A stretch of DNA of 64,000 nucleotides, taken from the NCBI GenBank assembly GCA_963728915.1, contig CAVSLV010000004.1, positions 352,001 through 416,000 of the forward strand. Direction: 5' to 3'. This document shows, piece after piece, positions 29,961-39,881 of this stretch. Each line of letters begins with the position of its first letter. Position 1 is the first letter of the stretch. The position numbers and the translations under genes were made by a program. This stretch comes from an uncultured Gemmatimonadales bacterium (GTDB lineage Bacteria; Gemmatimonadota; Gemmatimonadetes; Gemmatimonadales; GWC2-71-9). Below the pieces are notes generated by a model, which made no database searches, was not told the origin of the DNA, and saw only the letters and a program-made list of their open reading frames with translations.

Positions 29961-31135
29961 TGCGCGACAATCGCGACAATCGCAAGGAGCGGAGCGACTT
30001 CTGGGGCCCGCCCGACGCCGACATGCTGGAGAGCGCGGTCGCGGCGGAGCCGATGATCGCGAAGGCGCGCCTGGGCCTCACCCTGGCGTTGCTGATCATC
30101 CCGTTCGCCAACCTGGTCCTGACCCTGCCCCGGGAAGGCCGGGGGCAGTACGTCGGGATCGGCGTGATCCTCGCCGCGACCGTGCTGGCCGCGACTACCA
30201 ACATGCTGGCCGCCCGCGCCCTCCACCGCTCGTGGCTCCCCTTCGTCACCAGCATGCTCGACGTGACGCTGGTGAGCATCGCGCTGTACGGCTTCAGTAT
30301 CCTGGGCGATCCCCACCAGGCGGTGAACAACAAGGTCGCGTTCGAGACCTATTTCCTTGCGATCGGGGCGACCTGCCTTCGCTACGATCCCCGGCTCTCG
30401 ATCGTGGCCGGAGTCACCGCCATGGCGGAGTACGGGGCGATCGCGCTCTGGGTGGTGCTGGGCCACGACCTGACCAGCACCGAGTACGCCCCGTGGTCCT
30501 ACGGCCGGTTCGACTGGACCGACCAGGTGGCCCGGATCTTTCTGCTCGGTCTCTTCAGCGGGTTATGCATCGTGATCGTGACCCGGCTCCGCGGCCAGCG
30601 GCGGATGTCGAGCTACGATGCCCTGACCGGGCTGCTCAACCGGGCCTACTTCGAGCAGTTCCTCGCCGCGGAGATCCGCCGCTCCAAGCGGAACGGCGAC
30701 CCGATCTCCGCCGCCATGGTGGACCTGGACCGGTTCAAGCACTTCAACGACACCTACGGGCACGCCGCCGGCGACGAAGCCCTCCGCATCGTCGCGGGGG
30801 TCATGCGGCGTTCGGTGCGCCGGAGCGATCTGGTCGCGCGGTATGGCGGCGAGGAGCTGGTGCTGGTGATGCCCCGCACCACCCTGGAGCAGGCCCACAA
30901 ACGGCTGGAGTCGATTCGGGAAGCGGTCGCGGGCGGCGCGGTGCCGCTCCCCAAGCGCGAGAAGAGCGTCGGGGTCACCGTGAGCGCGGGGGTGGCCTCC
31001 TGGCCCACCGACGGGGAAAACCCCGAAGACCTGATTCACATCGCGGATGCGCGGCTGTTCCAGGCCAAGGCCCTGGGACGCAATCGGGTGGTGGCCACCA
31101 GCGACGCCGCGGCGGCGGTGCAGGCCACCAGCTGA
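29960..31135 (+). CDS. Membrane-bound GGDEF diguanylate cyclase
   Basis: About 6 TM helices; DALTGLLNR, DLDRFKHFNDTYGHAAGD, RRSD I-site, RYGGEEL. Confidence 0.9.
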   Translation: MRDNRDNRKERSDFWGPPDADMLESAVAAEPMIAKARLGLTLALLIIPFANLVLTLPREGRGQYVGIGVILAATVLAATTNMLAARALHRSWLPFVTSMLDVTLVSIALYGFSILGDPHQAVNNKVAFETYFLAIGATCLRYDPRLSIVAGVTAMAEYGAIALWVVLGHDLTSTEYAPWSYGRFDWTDQVARIFLLGLFSGLCIVIVTRLRGQRRMSSYDALTGLLNRAYFEQFLAAEIRRSKRNGDPISAAMVDLDRFKHFNDTYGHAAGDEALRIVAGVMRRSVRRSDLVARYGGEELVLVMPRTTLEQAHKRLESIREAVAGGAVPLPKREKSVGVTVSAGVASWPTDGENPEDLIHIADARLFQAKALGRNRVVATSDAAAAVQATS

Positions 31136-31145
31136 CCGGAAGTCC

Positions 31146-32375
31146 TCAGGGAATGCGAGTGATCTGACCGAGGAAGAGAATCGTTCCGGAGTACCGTTCC
31201 CGAATGGCCAGCAGAAACGGCCGATCCACCAGCACCGTCACCGGCGCCGCGGTCTCCCCCACCCCCACCGAGGTGGCGGCCGCCGCTTCGGTGCCCTCCT
31301 CGTTGATGTTCACGAAGGTCTTCTGGGTCACCCGGGTCAGGTAGAGGTTGCCGGCCAGCGGGCCCTCGACCAGGGCGCTGAAGTCGGCCAGGTCGGGGTC
31401 GAAGGCGCGGCGCATTCCCAGCGCGGCCAGGTCGTCCTTCAGCTCCCGCTGGTACTCCAGCCGGAGCTTCGGCATGGCCAGGCCGATCTTGACGTCGCGA
31501 AGCGCGCCGATCCATTGGTCCCATTTCGCGGCGTCCAGCCCCGCCACCAGTCCATCCAGCGTCCCGCCTTCCCGGGGCAGCACGATGGTCAGGGACCAGG
31601 CGCCGTTGCCGTACAGCAGGTCGACCACTTCGGCGTCGGCCAGCGAGGCATAGCGCAGGGTGTCGGGCTCCCGATGCATCATCGACACGGTCTGGTCACC
31701 GCTCGGGGCGTGGAAGGTGGCCGGAGCGGTGCGGTCCGGATCGAACCCCGCCCGCCAGCGTCCCTTGAAATAGATCGCGTTGATCAGGAACATCACTTCG
31801 TTGCTCTGGATCTGATCGAGAATCGTGGGGATCTTGCCGCCGGTCTTGTCCTTCACCCAATTGTTGATGACGTCGAGCGACGAGGGCGCCTGGAGGTCGA
31901 GGGACTGCACTTCCGCATCGAACGAGCCGCGGGCCGCGTCGAGGAAGCCGGTCCGCCAGCTCACCCCGCTCTGGGCCCAGATCGAATTGGCGATCCGAAC
32001 ATCGGTGGTGGTGTCAAGGCTTCGGAGCAGATCGATCACGGTGCGATAGCCGGCGTCGAGGTCGCCCAGAGGCAGCTGATCCAGCCGCAACGCCACCCGC
32101 ATCGAATCGAGCGTGGCGCCGGCCGCCCCGTTCATCGTCATGCCGAGCGCCATGGAGGCGCTGGTCGGGGAAAGAAAGAGATTGTCGCCGCTCGCGCCTT
32201 CGCGCGCCTTGAGGAACAGAGCGAAGCCGAACCCGTTGGCCCCGGCGACCAGTTGGGATTCGGCGGCGGTGAGACTTCTTGGGAGGCCGGTGATCAGCGG
32301 CGGCGGCCCCTCGGACTCCGAGGCGAGCGAGCATCCCAATCCAGCGAGCGCGATGGTCACGGCGAGCTTCCGCAT
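31146..32375 (-). CDS. Serpin (serine protease inhibitor), probable lipoprotein
   Basis: NLFLSPTS, INNWV, INAIYFKGRW, hinge EEGTEAAAAT, DRPFLLAIRE. Confidence 0.93.
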   Translation of the reverse strand: MRKLAVTIALAGLGCSLASESEGPPPLITGLPRSLTAAESQLVAGANGFGFALFLKAREGASGDNLFLSPTSASMALGMTMNGAAGATLDSMRVALRLDQLPLGDLDAGYRTVIDLLRSLDTTTDVRIANSIWAQSGVSWRTGFLDAARGSFDAEVQSLDLQAPSSLDVINNWVKDKTGGKIPTILDQIQSNEVMFLINAIYFKGRWRAGFDPDRTAPATFHAPSGDQTVSMMHREPDTLRYASLADAEVVDLLYGNGAWSLTIVLPREGGTLDGLVAGLDAAKWDQWIGALRDVKIGLAMPKLRLEYQRELKDDLAALGMRRAFDPDLADFSALVEGPLAGNLYLTRVTQKTFVNINEEGTEAAAATSVGVGETAAPVTVLVDRPFLLAIRERYSGTILFLGQITRIP

Positions 32376-32378
32376 GAT

Positions 32379-32798
32379 TCAATCCCCCAGAATCTTGATC
32401 ACGACCCGCTTCCGCCGCTGGCCGTCCCATTCCCCGTAGAACACCCGCTGCCAGGGCCCGAAATCCAGCTTTCCCCTGGTGACGGGGATGATCACCTCGT
32501 GCCCCACGGTGAGGCTGCGCAGGTGGGCCGCCGCGTTGTCCTCCCCGGTTTCATTGTGACGATAGCGATCCGGCGCCCACGGCGCGATGGTGTCCTCCAG
32601 CCAGTGCAGGATGTCGTGCCAGAGCCCCGATTCGTGATCGTTGACGAACACCGATGCCGAAATGTGCATCGCGGACACCAGAGCGATCCCTTCCTGGATG
32701 CCACTTGTTGCAAGCTCGGTCGCCACGCTCTCGGTGATGTCGATGATTTCCTGGCGCTTCCGGGTCTCGAACCAGAGGTAGTGAGTGTGCGCTTTCAT
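32379..32798 (-). CDS. yjbQ: YjbQ family (UPF0047) protein
   Basis: IIDIT, MHISAS, DNAAAHL, FGPWQRVFYGEWDG. Confidence 0.9.
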   Translation of the reverse strand: MKAHTHYLWFETRKRQEIIDITESVATELATSGIQEGIALVSAMHISASVFVNDHESGLWHDILHWLEDTIAPWAPDRYRHNETGEDNAAAHLRSLTVGHEVIIPVTRGKLDFGPWQRVFYGEWDGQRRKRVVIKILGD

Positions 32799-32854
32799 GA
32801 AGCCAAAGGTAGTGGACCCTTGATCGAAGCCCCCGAAGGAAAGAAAATTCCAGG

Positions 32855-35605
32855 GTGCGCTTGTCGCGAGGATTGGGTGGGCGGTGCGTGGTGGCGGTCG
32901 TTGCCACCGGTCTGGGGGTGGGCGTCCGGCTTCTGCTTACCCCCTGGCTTGGTGATGCCTTGCCGTTCCTCACCATTTTTCCGGCCGTCGCGGTCGCCGT
33001 CTGGTACGGGGGATTCTGGGCCGGACTGCTCGCGACGATGCTGGGGTACCTCGCCGCCGCCCTGTTCTTCATTCCTCCAGCCGGCATCCTGCTCGGCGGC
33101 TCGGAGCAGATCGTGGGCCTGATCGGCTTCCTCCTCTCCTGCGCCATCATTCTGATCTTCGGCTCCCGGATGCACCAGGCCCGGGCCCGCGCCGAGGACA
33201 ATGCGCGGGAGCTCGCCGAACAGCGCGAATGGTTCCGCACCACCCTGGCGAGCATCGGGGATGCCGTGATCACGACCGATATCACCGGCCGGGTCACGTT
33301 TCTGAATCCGATCGCGGAGCGGCTCACCGGATGGCCGGCGGAGGAAGCGGAGGGTGAGGCGCTGGCGAGGGTGTTTCCCGTCGTCGCCGAGCCGTCCGGT
33401 CAACCGGCCGTCAATCCGGTGGATCGGGTCCTCCGGGAAGGGTCCGTCGTCGGTCTCGGAAACCCCACCGAGCTGATCGCGCGGGACGGCGCCCGCCTGC
33501 CCATCGACGACAGCGCGGCGCCGATTCGGGATGCCGAGGGCCGGGTTCGCGGAATCGTGCTGGTCTTTCGCGACGCCACCGACCGAAGGAATCGCGAAGC
33601 GGAGATCCGGATGGGCGCCGCGCGGGTGCGGGCCTTCCTGGAGACCTCCCTCGACGGCATCATTACGATGGACTTTCAGGGGAACGTCCTCGAATTCAAT
33701 CCGGCCGCCGAACGTCTGTTCGGCTATTCCCGCCATGAGGCGATCGGGAAGTCGCTGGCCGATCTCATCATTCCGGAGCCGTTGCGGGAACGGCACAAGC
33801 AGGGTCTGGTTCGCTACCTCGCCACCGGTGAGGGAGCCATCCTGGATCGCCGGGTCGAAATGACTGCGCTCCGTGCCGACGGGTCCGAGGTCGCCGTCGA
33901 GCTGTCGATCACCCGGATGCTTACCCCCGGCATGCCGGTCTTCAGCGGTCACATTCGCGACATCCATGACCGGGTGAAGGCCGACCGGCGCCGGGCGGCC
34001 CGGCTTGCGGTGACGCAACGGCTCGCCGAGTCGGGTTCGCTCGAAGAAGCCGGCGTTCCCATCCTGGAAGCGATGGGGACCGGGCTCGGCTGGGATGTGG
34101 GAACGCTCTGGCTGGTGGACCAGGAACGACGGGTGCTCTGCTGCGAAACGGTATGGCACCGGGAGGGGATGCCGGGGCAAGGGTTCGAACGGGGCTCTCG
34201 CGAATTCCGGTTCCGGATTGGGGAGGGGCTGCCGGGAAGAACCTGGGCATCGGGTCGCCCCGAGTGGATTCCCGATGTGAGCAAGGACGGCAACTTCCCC
34301 CGGGCGGCCCTCGCCGTGGCGGAAGGTCTCCGGGGCGCCTTTGCGTTTCCGATCCGGATCGGCCCCCGGTTCTTCGGGATCATCGAGTTCTTCTCCTGGG
34401 AGGTCCGGGAGCCCGACCCCGACCTCCTGGAGATGGTGGAGACCCTGGGAAACCAGCTCGGTCAGGTGATGGAGCGCCGGCGCATCGAGATGGAGGCGGC
34501 AGCGGAGCTCCGGGAAGCCGACCGCCGGAAGGACGAATTCCTGGCGACGCTCTCCCACGAGCTCCGGAATCCGCTGGCGCCGCTTCGGAATGCGGTGGAG
34601 CTGCTCAAGCGCGATCCGGGGCGCCGGGGCGGGCAGCACGCCCTGCCGATCATGGAACGCCAGCTCGACCAGATGGTGCGGCTGGTGGATGACCTGCTCG
34701 AGGTGAGTCGCATAACCCGCCGCCTGCCGGAGCTCCGCAAGGCGCCGGTGACCCTCGCGGCGGTGGTGCGCAATGCGATCGAAACCAGCCGCCCCCTGAT
34801 CGAGGAGCGGCGTCACACCCTGACGGTATCCCTGCCCGAGCACCCGGTCTGGCTCGACGCCGACCTGACCCGGATGGCCCAGGTGTTCTCCAATCTCCTC
34901 AACAATGCGGCGCGGTATACCGAACCCAGCGGCCGCATCAGCCTCACCGCTCTGGCGCTTGATCGTCAGGTCGTCGTGACGGTTCGTGATACCGGAATGG
35001 GGATTCCCGCGGAGCAGCTCTCCCGGGTCTTCGACATGTTCGCCCAGGTGGATCAGTCGCTCCATCGGAGCGGGGGACTCGGGATCGGACTCACCCTGGC
35101 GCGACGCCTGGTGGAGCTTCACGGCGGCACGGTGACCGCCATGAGCGACGGGCCCGGCAAGGGAAGCGAATTCATCGTCCGGATTCCGATGGCCGCCGGT
35201 CCTCCTCCCGCGCGCCCCGTCGTTTCCTCCCGGGCTGCCGCGGCGAGGGCTCGCAAAATCCTCGTGGTGGACGACAATGAAGATGCGACCCTGACGCTCG
35301 GCGCCGTTCTCCAGCGCATGGGTCACGAAACCCGGACGGCCCTGGATGGCGCCGCTGCGGTTGAGGCCGCCGCCGCGTTCCGTCCGGAAATCATCCTGCT
35401 CGATATCGGTCTCCCGACCCTGAACGGGTATGAAGTCTGCCAGCGGATCCGGTCCCAGCCATGGGGCAAGGAGATGGCGGTCATCGCGCTGACGGGGTGG
35501 GGCCAGGAATCCGACAAGGTGCGGGCCGCGGCGGCAGGGTTCACCCTTCATCTCGTCAAACCGGTCGATCCTTCCGAGCTCGAACGACTGCTTCGCGACG
35601 TGTAG
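32855..35605 (+). CDS. Hybrid sensor histidine kinase: DUF4118-like TM, PAS, PAS, GAF, HisKA, HATPase, REC
   Basis: SIGDAVITTD, FNPAAERLFG, GEGLPG, LSHELRNPL, NLLNNAARY, DTGMGI, GLGIGL, LVVDDN...LLDIGLP. Confidence 0.93.
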   Translation: MRLSRGLGGRCVVAVVATGLGVGVRLLLTPWLGDALPFLTIFPAVAVAVWYGGFWAGLLATMLGYLAAALFFIPPAGILLGGSEQIVGLIGFLLSCAIILIFGSRMHQARARAEDNARELAEQREWFRTTLASIGDAVITTDITGRVTFLNPIAERLTGWPAEEAEGEALARVFPVVAEPSGQPAVNPVDRVLREGSVVGLGNPTELIARDGARLPIDDSAAPIRDAEGRVRGIVLVFRDATDRRNREAEIRMGAARVRAFLETSLDGIITMDFQGNVLEFNPAAERLFGYSRHEAIGKSLADLIIPEPLRERHKQGLVRYLATGEGAILDRRVEMTALRADGSEVAVELSITRMLTPGMPVFSGHIRDIHDRVKADRRRAARLAVTQRLAESGSLEEAGVPILEAMGTGLGWDVGTLWLVDQERRVLCCETVWHREGMPGQGFERGSREFRFRIGEGLPGRTWASGRPEWIPDVSKDGNFPRAALAVAEGLRGAFAFPIRIGPRFFGIIEFFSWEVREPDPDLLEMVETLGNQLGQVMERRRIEMEAAAELREADRRKDEFLATLSHELRNPLAPLRNAVELLKRDPGRRGGQHALPIMERQLDQMVRLVDDLLEVSRITRRLPELRKAPVTLAAVVRNAIETSRPLIEERRHTLTVSLPEHPVWLDADLTRMAQVFSNLLNNAARYTEPSGRISLTALALDRQVVVTVRDTGMGIPAEQLSRVFDMFAQVDQSLHRSGGLGIGLTLARRLVELHGGTVTAMSDGPGKGSEFIVRIPMAAGPPPARPVVSSRAAAARARKILVVDDNEDATLTLGAVLQRMGHETRTALDGAAAVEAAAAFRPEIILLDIGLPTLNGYEVCQRIRSQPWGKEMAVIALTGWGQESDKVRAAAAGFTLHLVKPVDPSELERLLRDV

Positions 35606-35674
35606 CGACCGCCCCTCGCTCGAGCGTCTCCGTTGGTTGGAACGCCGTCCCGTCCGCAGTGCTCTGGAGCTCGT

Positions 35675-36775
35675 GTGCGCATAGCCCAAGTCGCCCCGTT
35701 GTACGAGCGCGTCCCCCCGCACCTCTATGGCGGGACCGAGCGCGTGGTCGCCTGGTTGACCGACGAGCTGGTTCGCCAGGGCCACGACGTGACTCTCTTC
35801 GCGAGCGGAGATTCCGACACCGCCGCGCGACTGGTCCCCTGCGCGCCGCGATCGTTGCGGCTCGATGACCAATCGGTCGACCGCCTCGCCCATCACATCC
35901 TGCTTCTCGAGGAGGTCGCCCGCCGGGTCGACGAGTTCGATTTGCTCCACTGGCACATCGACTACCTCCATTATCCCCTGAGCCGCCGGTTGGGCCGTCC
36001 GAACCTCACCACGCTCCATGGCCGGCTCGACATTCCCGACCTGGTGCCGCTCTATCGTGAGTTCGACGAGGTGCCGGTGGTCTCGATCTCCGATAGTCAG
36101 CGTGGCCCGGTTCCCGCCGCGAACTGGATCGGCACGGTGCACCACGGCGTGCCCCGGGACCTGCATCGCCCGGGAGACGGCGGAGGCCGGTACCTGGCCT
36201 TTCTCGGCAGGATTTCTCCCGAGAAGCGGGTCGACCGTGCCATCGAGATTGCCCGCCGGTCCGGGTGGCCGCTTCGGATTGCCGCGAAGGTGGATCCGGT
36301 CGATCGGGTCTACTTCGAGACGGAGATCCGGGCCCTGCTGGATGCTCCCCACGTGGAATTTCTGGGAGAGATCGCCGAAGAGGAGAAGGAGGCTTTTCTG
36401 GGCGGGGCCGCCGCCCTGCTCTTTCCCATCGACTGGATGGAGCCGTTCGGGCTGGTCATGATCGAGAGCCTCGCGTGCGGCACCCCGGTCGTGGCCTGGC
36501 GTCAGGGAGCAGTACCGGAGATCATCGAGCATGCGGTGACCGGATTCACGGTCCACACCGTGGCCGAGGCGGCCGCCGCGGTGGGCCGGCTCGGGAGGAT
36601 CAGCCGGTCCCGCTGCCGGGAAGAATTCGAGCGACGGTTCACCGCCGATCGCATGGCCCGCGACTATGTCGCGCTCTACGAACGCCTCTCGGGCGAGCGG
36701 ACCGGATCCACCCCGTTCCGGCAGCGCCCACGGAGCCCTACCCGATGGCCCGAACAACCAGCCATCCAGGCATGA
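35675..36775 (+). CDS. Glycosyltransferase family 4
   Basis: VPPHLYGGTERVV, FLGRISPEK, EPFGLVMIESLACGTPV. Confidence 0.93.
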   Translation: MRIAQVAPLYERVPPHLYGGTERVVAWLTDELVRQGHDVTLFASGDSDTAARLVPCAPRSLRLDDQSVDRLAHHILLLEEVARRVDEFDLLHWHIDYLHYPLSRRLGRPNLTTLHGRLDIPDLVPLYREFDEVPVVSISDSQRGPVPAANWIGTVHHGVPRDLHRPGDGGGRYLAFLGRISPEKRVDRAIEIARRSGWPLRIAAKVDPVDRVYFETEIRALLDAPHVEFLGEIAEEEKEAFLGGAAALLFPIDWMEPFGLVMIESLACGTPVVAWRQGAVPEIIEHAVTGFTVHTVAEAAAAVGRLGRISRSRCREEFERRFTADRMARDYVALYERLSGERTGSTPFRQRPRSPTRWPEQPAIQA

Positions 36776-38959
36776 AGCCGGACACCCTCGATGTCTCCGA
36801 CATCGTCGAGATCGGCGACCAGTACTACATCCTGGCCACCTCGATCCTGGCGCAGCACCAGGACCGCGTGCTCAAGCACGACGATACCTTCGCGCTGTTC
36901 GACCGGTTCGGCGACATCAAGCCGGTGGGACGCGGGGAGGAGGGTCTGTTCTCCCACGGTACCCGGTTTCTCTCCCGGCTGCTGGTGCGGGTCGGGCGGG
37001 ATCGGCCGATGCTGCTGAGCTCCCGGGTCAAGGAAGACAACGGCCTTCTCGCCATCGACCTCACCAACTTTGACGTGGCCCCCCGCGGCAAGCTCGAGGT
37101 CCAGCGGGGGACGGTGTATCTGGCCCGGACCATCCTGCTCTGGGACGGGGTCTGCTACGAGCGGCTTTCGGTCCGGAACTTCAGCCGGAAACCGGTTGAG
37201 CTCGAGCTGGTCGTGAGCTTCGACGCCGACTATATGGACATCTTCGAAGTGCGGGGGCTGCAGCGCCGGGAGCGGGGAACCCGTCTCCCCACCCGGGTCG
37301 ACGGGAACGTCGCCGTGTTAGGATACCGGGGGCTGGACGGTGTCGAGCGCCGGACCCGGATCACCGTGACCCCTCCACCCGCTGCGCTGCACCCCGGCGA
37401 GGCCCGCCTCCCGGTTCGGCTCGAGCCCCGGGGCGAGGTGACCTACTGGCTGACGGTGGCGTGCGAGCTGGCCGGCCAGACACCGACTCCGCTCCCCTTC
37501 GCCACCGCGCTCGACCGGGCCACCGAGTGCCTTCAGAACCGGAGCCGGTCCGGCTGCGGCATCCTCACCTCGAACGAGCAGTTCAACGACTGGCTCTCCC
37601 GGAGCCGGGCCGACCTCGCCCTGATGATCACGGATACCGCGGACGGACCCTATCCCTACGCGGGGATTCCCTGGTTCAGCACCCCGTTCGGACGCGATGC
37701 CCTGATCACCGCGCTGGAGTCGCTCTGGGTCAAGCCCGATCTTGCCCGCGGGGTGCTCCGCTTCCTGGCCCTGCGACAGGCCGACCGGACCATCCCGGTG
37801 CAGGACGCTCAGCCCGGCAAGATTCTCCATGAGCTCCGGAGCGGGGAAATGGCGGCGCTCGGCGAGGTCCCGTTCGCCGCCTACTATGGCAGCCATGACT
37901 CGACCCCGCTCTTCGTGATGCTCGCCGCCGCCTACTATGAGCGCACCGGTGACCGGGCCTTCACCGAGTGGATCTGGCCCCACGTGGAACGGGCCCTCGG
38001 CTGGATCGAACGGGATGCCGATCCGGATGGTGATGGCTTTCTCGAATATCTGCGGCAATCGCCCGAAGGACTGGTGCAGCAGGGCTGGAAGGATTCCTCC
38101 GATTCGGTCTGGCATCAGGATGGGCACCTGGCCGAGGGCTCGATCGCGCTCTGTGAGCTTCAGGCCTACGCGTACGCGTCGTGGCGCGGCGGGGCCGAGC
38201 TGGCCCGGGCGCTGGGACTCGAGGAGGCGGCCCGGCGGTATGACCGCAAAGCGGAACAGCTGCGGGAACGATTCGAATCGGTCTTCTGGTCCGAGCCGCT
38301 TGGCACCTACGCGCTGGCGCTGGACGGGCAGAAGCGTCCCTGCCTGGTGCGAAGCTCGAATGCGGGACACACCCTGCTCTGCGGCATCGCGTCGCCGCGA
38401 GCGGGCTGCCCGGGTGACCCGGACGCTGCTCGCGGCCGACAGCTTCTCGGGCTGGGGAATCCGGACCGTGGCGAACACCGAAGCCCGCTACAACCCGATG
38501 TCCTACCACAACGGATCGGTCTGGCCCCACGACAACGCGTTGGTCGGTTTCGGGATGAGCCGGTACGGATTTCACGAGGCGGCGCTCACCCTGCTGGGGG
38601 GCCTGTTCGACGCGAGCCTGTTCGTCGAGCTGCACCGGCTTCCCGAGCTGTTCTGCGGGTTCCATCGGCGCGACGGCGAAGGGCCGACGCTCTACCCGGT
38701 GGCCTGCTCGCCGCAGAGCTGGGCCGCGGGGGCTTCGTTCCTCCTGCTCCAGGCCGCGCTCGGCCTCGAGATCCGCGCCCCGGAACGCCTGGTTCGCCTC
38801 CACCACGCCAGGCTTCCTCCTTTTCTCGATGAAGTGCGGCTGACCAGCCTGCAGGTGGGAGACGCCGAGCTGGACCTCGCGGTGAGCCGGCAGCCCCAGG
38901 GCGTGGTGGTGAGCGTAACCCGCAAGTCCGGCGACGTGGAGGTTACTCTGGTTCCCTGA
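36772..38959 (+). CDS. Amylo-alpha-1,6-glucosidase / glycogen debranching-like (alpha/alpha)6 hydrolase, frameshift near 38400
   Basis: YAGIPWFSTPFGRD, PGKILHE, QGWKDS, SYHNGSVWPHDN, RLPELFCG, ACSPQSWAA. Confidence 0.9.
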
Positions 38960-39881
38960 CCCCGGCTCGCGAGGCGAGCAGGGACACGACGACCCCGAGC
39001 GCCAGCAGCCCGAGCACCACGGCGAGGGACACCGGGGTCGAGAGGCGAATCCACGCCGAGGTCAGCATCTTGAGCCCGACGAACACCAGGATGGTGGCCA
39101 CCGCCGGCTTGAGATAGACGAATCGGTCCATCGCTCCGGCCAGGAGAAAGAACAGGGCGCGGAGTCCCAGGATGGCGAAGACATTCGAGCTGAAGACCAC
39201 GAGCGGGTCCCGGGTGATCGCGAAGATGGCGGGGATGCTGTCGATCGCGAAGACCAGGTCGCTCCATTCCACCACCAGGAGCACCAGCAGCAACGGGGTG
39301 GCCAGGCGGCCCGCCCCGGTCCGGGTGAAGAATCGGGGGCCGTCATAGCTCTCGCTCACCGGGAGCATCCGCCTGGCAAGCTGCACCAGCGGGTTCTTCT
39401 CGGGCTCGAGCCGGTTCTCGGAGGAGCTCCAGTAGAATCGGATCCCGGTCACCACGATGATCGCGCCGAACACGTAGGCGATCCAGTGGAACCGCGCGAG
39501 CAGGAGCGCGCCGAATCCGATCATCACGCCCCGCATCGCGATCGCCCCGATGATGCCCCACTTGAGCACCCTGGCCTGGAGGGCAGGCGGGAGCGCGAAA
39601 TACCGGAAGATGAGAAGGAACACGAAGAGGTTGTCGACGCTGAGCGACAACTCGACCAGGTAGCCGGTGTAGTACTCGAGCGCCGGTGGGAACCCGACTT
39701 CGCGCCACAGGAAGAGCCCGAACCCCAGCGCGATGACCACGAGCCCGGCACTCCAGAGCCCGGCCTCCCGCAGCGACAGCGCGTGCGCCCGGCGATTGAG
39801 GACGCCGAGATCCAGCACCAGGAGCCCGAGCACCAGGCCGCTGAATGCCAGCCAGACCCAGGGGTCGTGAAGGGTGGTCAC
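38943..39881 (-). CDS. TerC/Alx family membrane protein
   Basis: ELSLSVDNLFVF, DLVFAIDSIPAIFAIT, SNVFAILGLRALFF. Confidence 0.92.
   Translation of the reverse strand: MTTLHDPWVWLAFSGLVLGLLVLDLGVLNRRAHALSLREAGLWSAGLVVIALGFGLFLWREVGFPPALEYYTGYLVELSLSVDNLFVFLLIFRYFALPPALQARVLKWGIIGAIAMRGVMIGFGALLLARFHWIAYVFGAIIVVTGIRFYWSSSENRLEPEKNPLVQLARRMLPVSESYDGPRFFTRTGAGRLATPLLLVLLVVEWSDLVFAIDSIPAIFAITRDPLVVFSSNVFAILGLRALFFLLAGAMDRFVYLKPAVATILVFVGLKMLTSAWIRLSTPVSLAVVLGLLALGVVVSLLASRAGVREPE

Noticed and set aside
32795..36757. 1320-aa minus-strand ORF, and similar long antisense ORFs (25481-27421, 23104-25131, 31047-33122)
   Set aside because: They are shadow frames of well-supported genes on the opposite strand, common in high-GC DNA, and carry no recognisable motifs.
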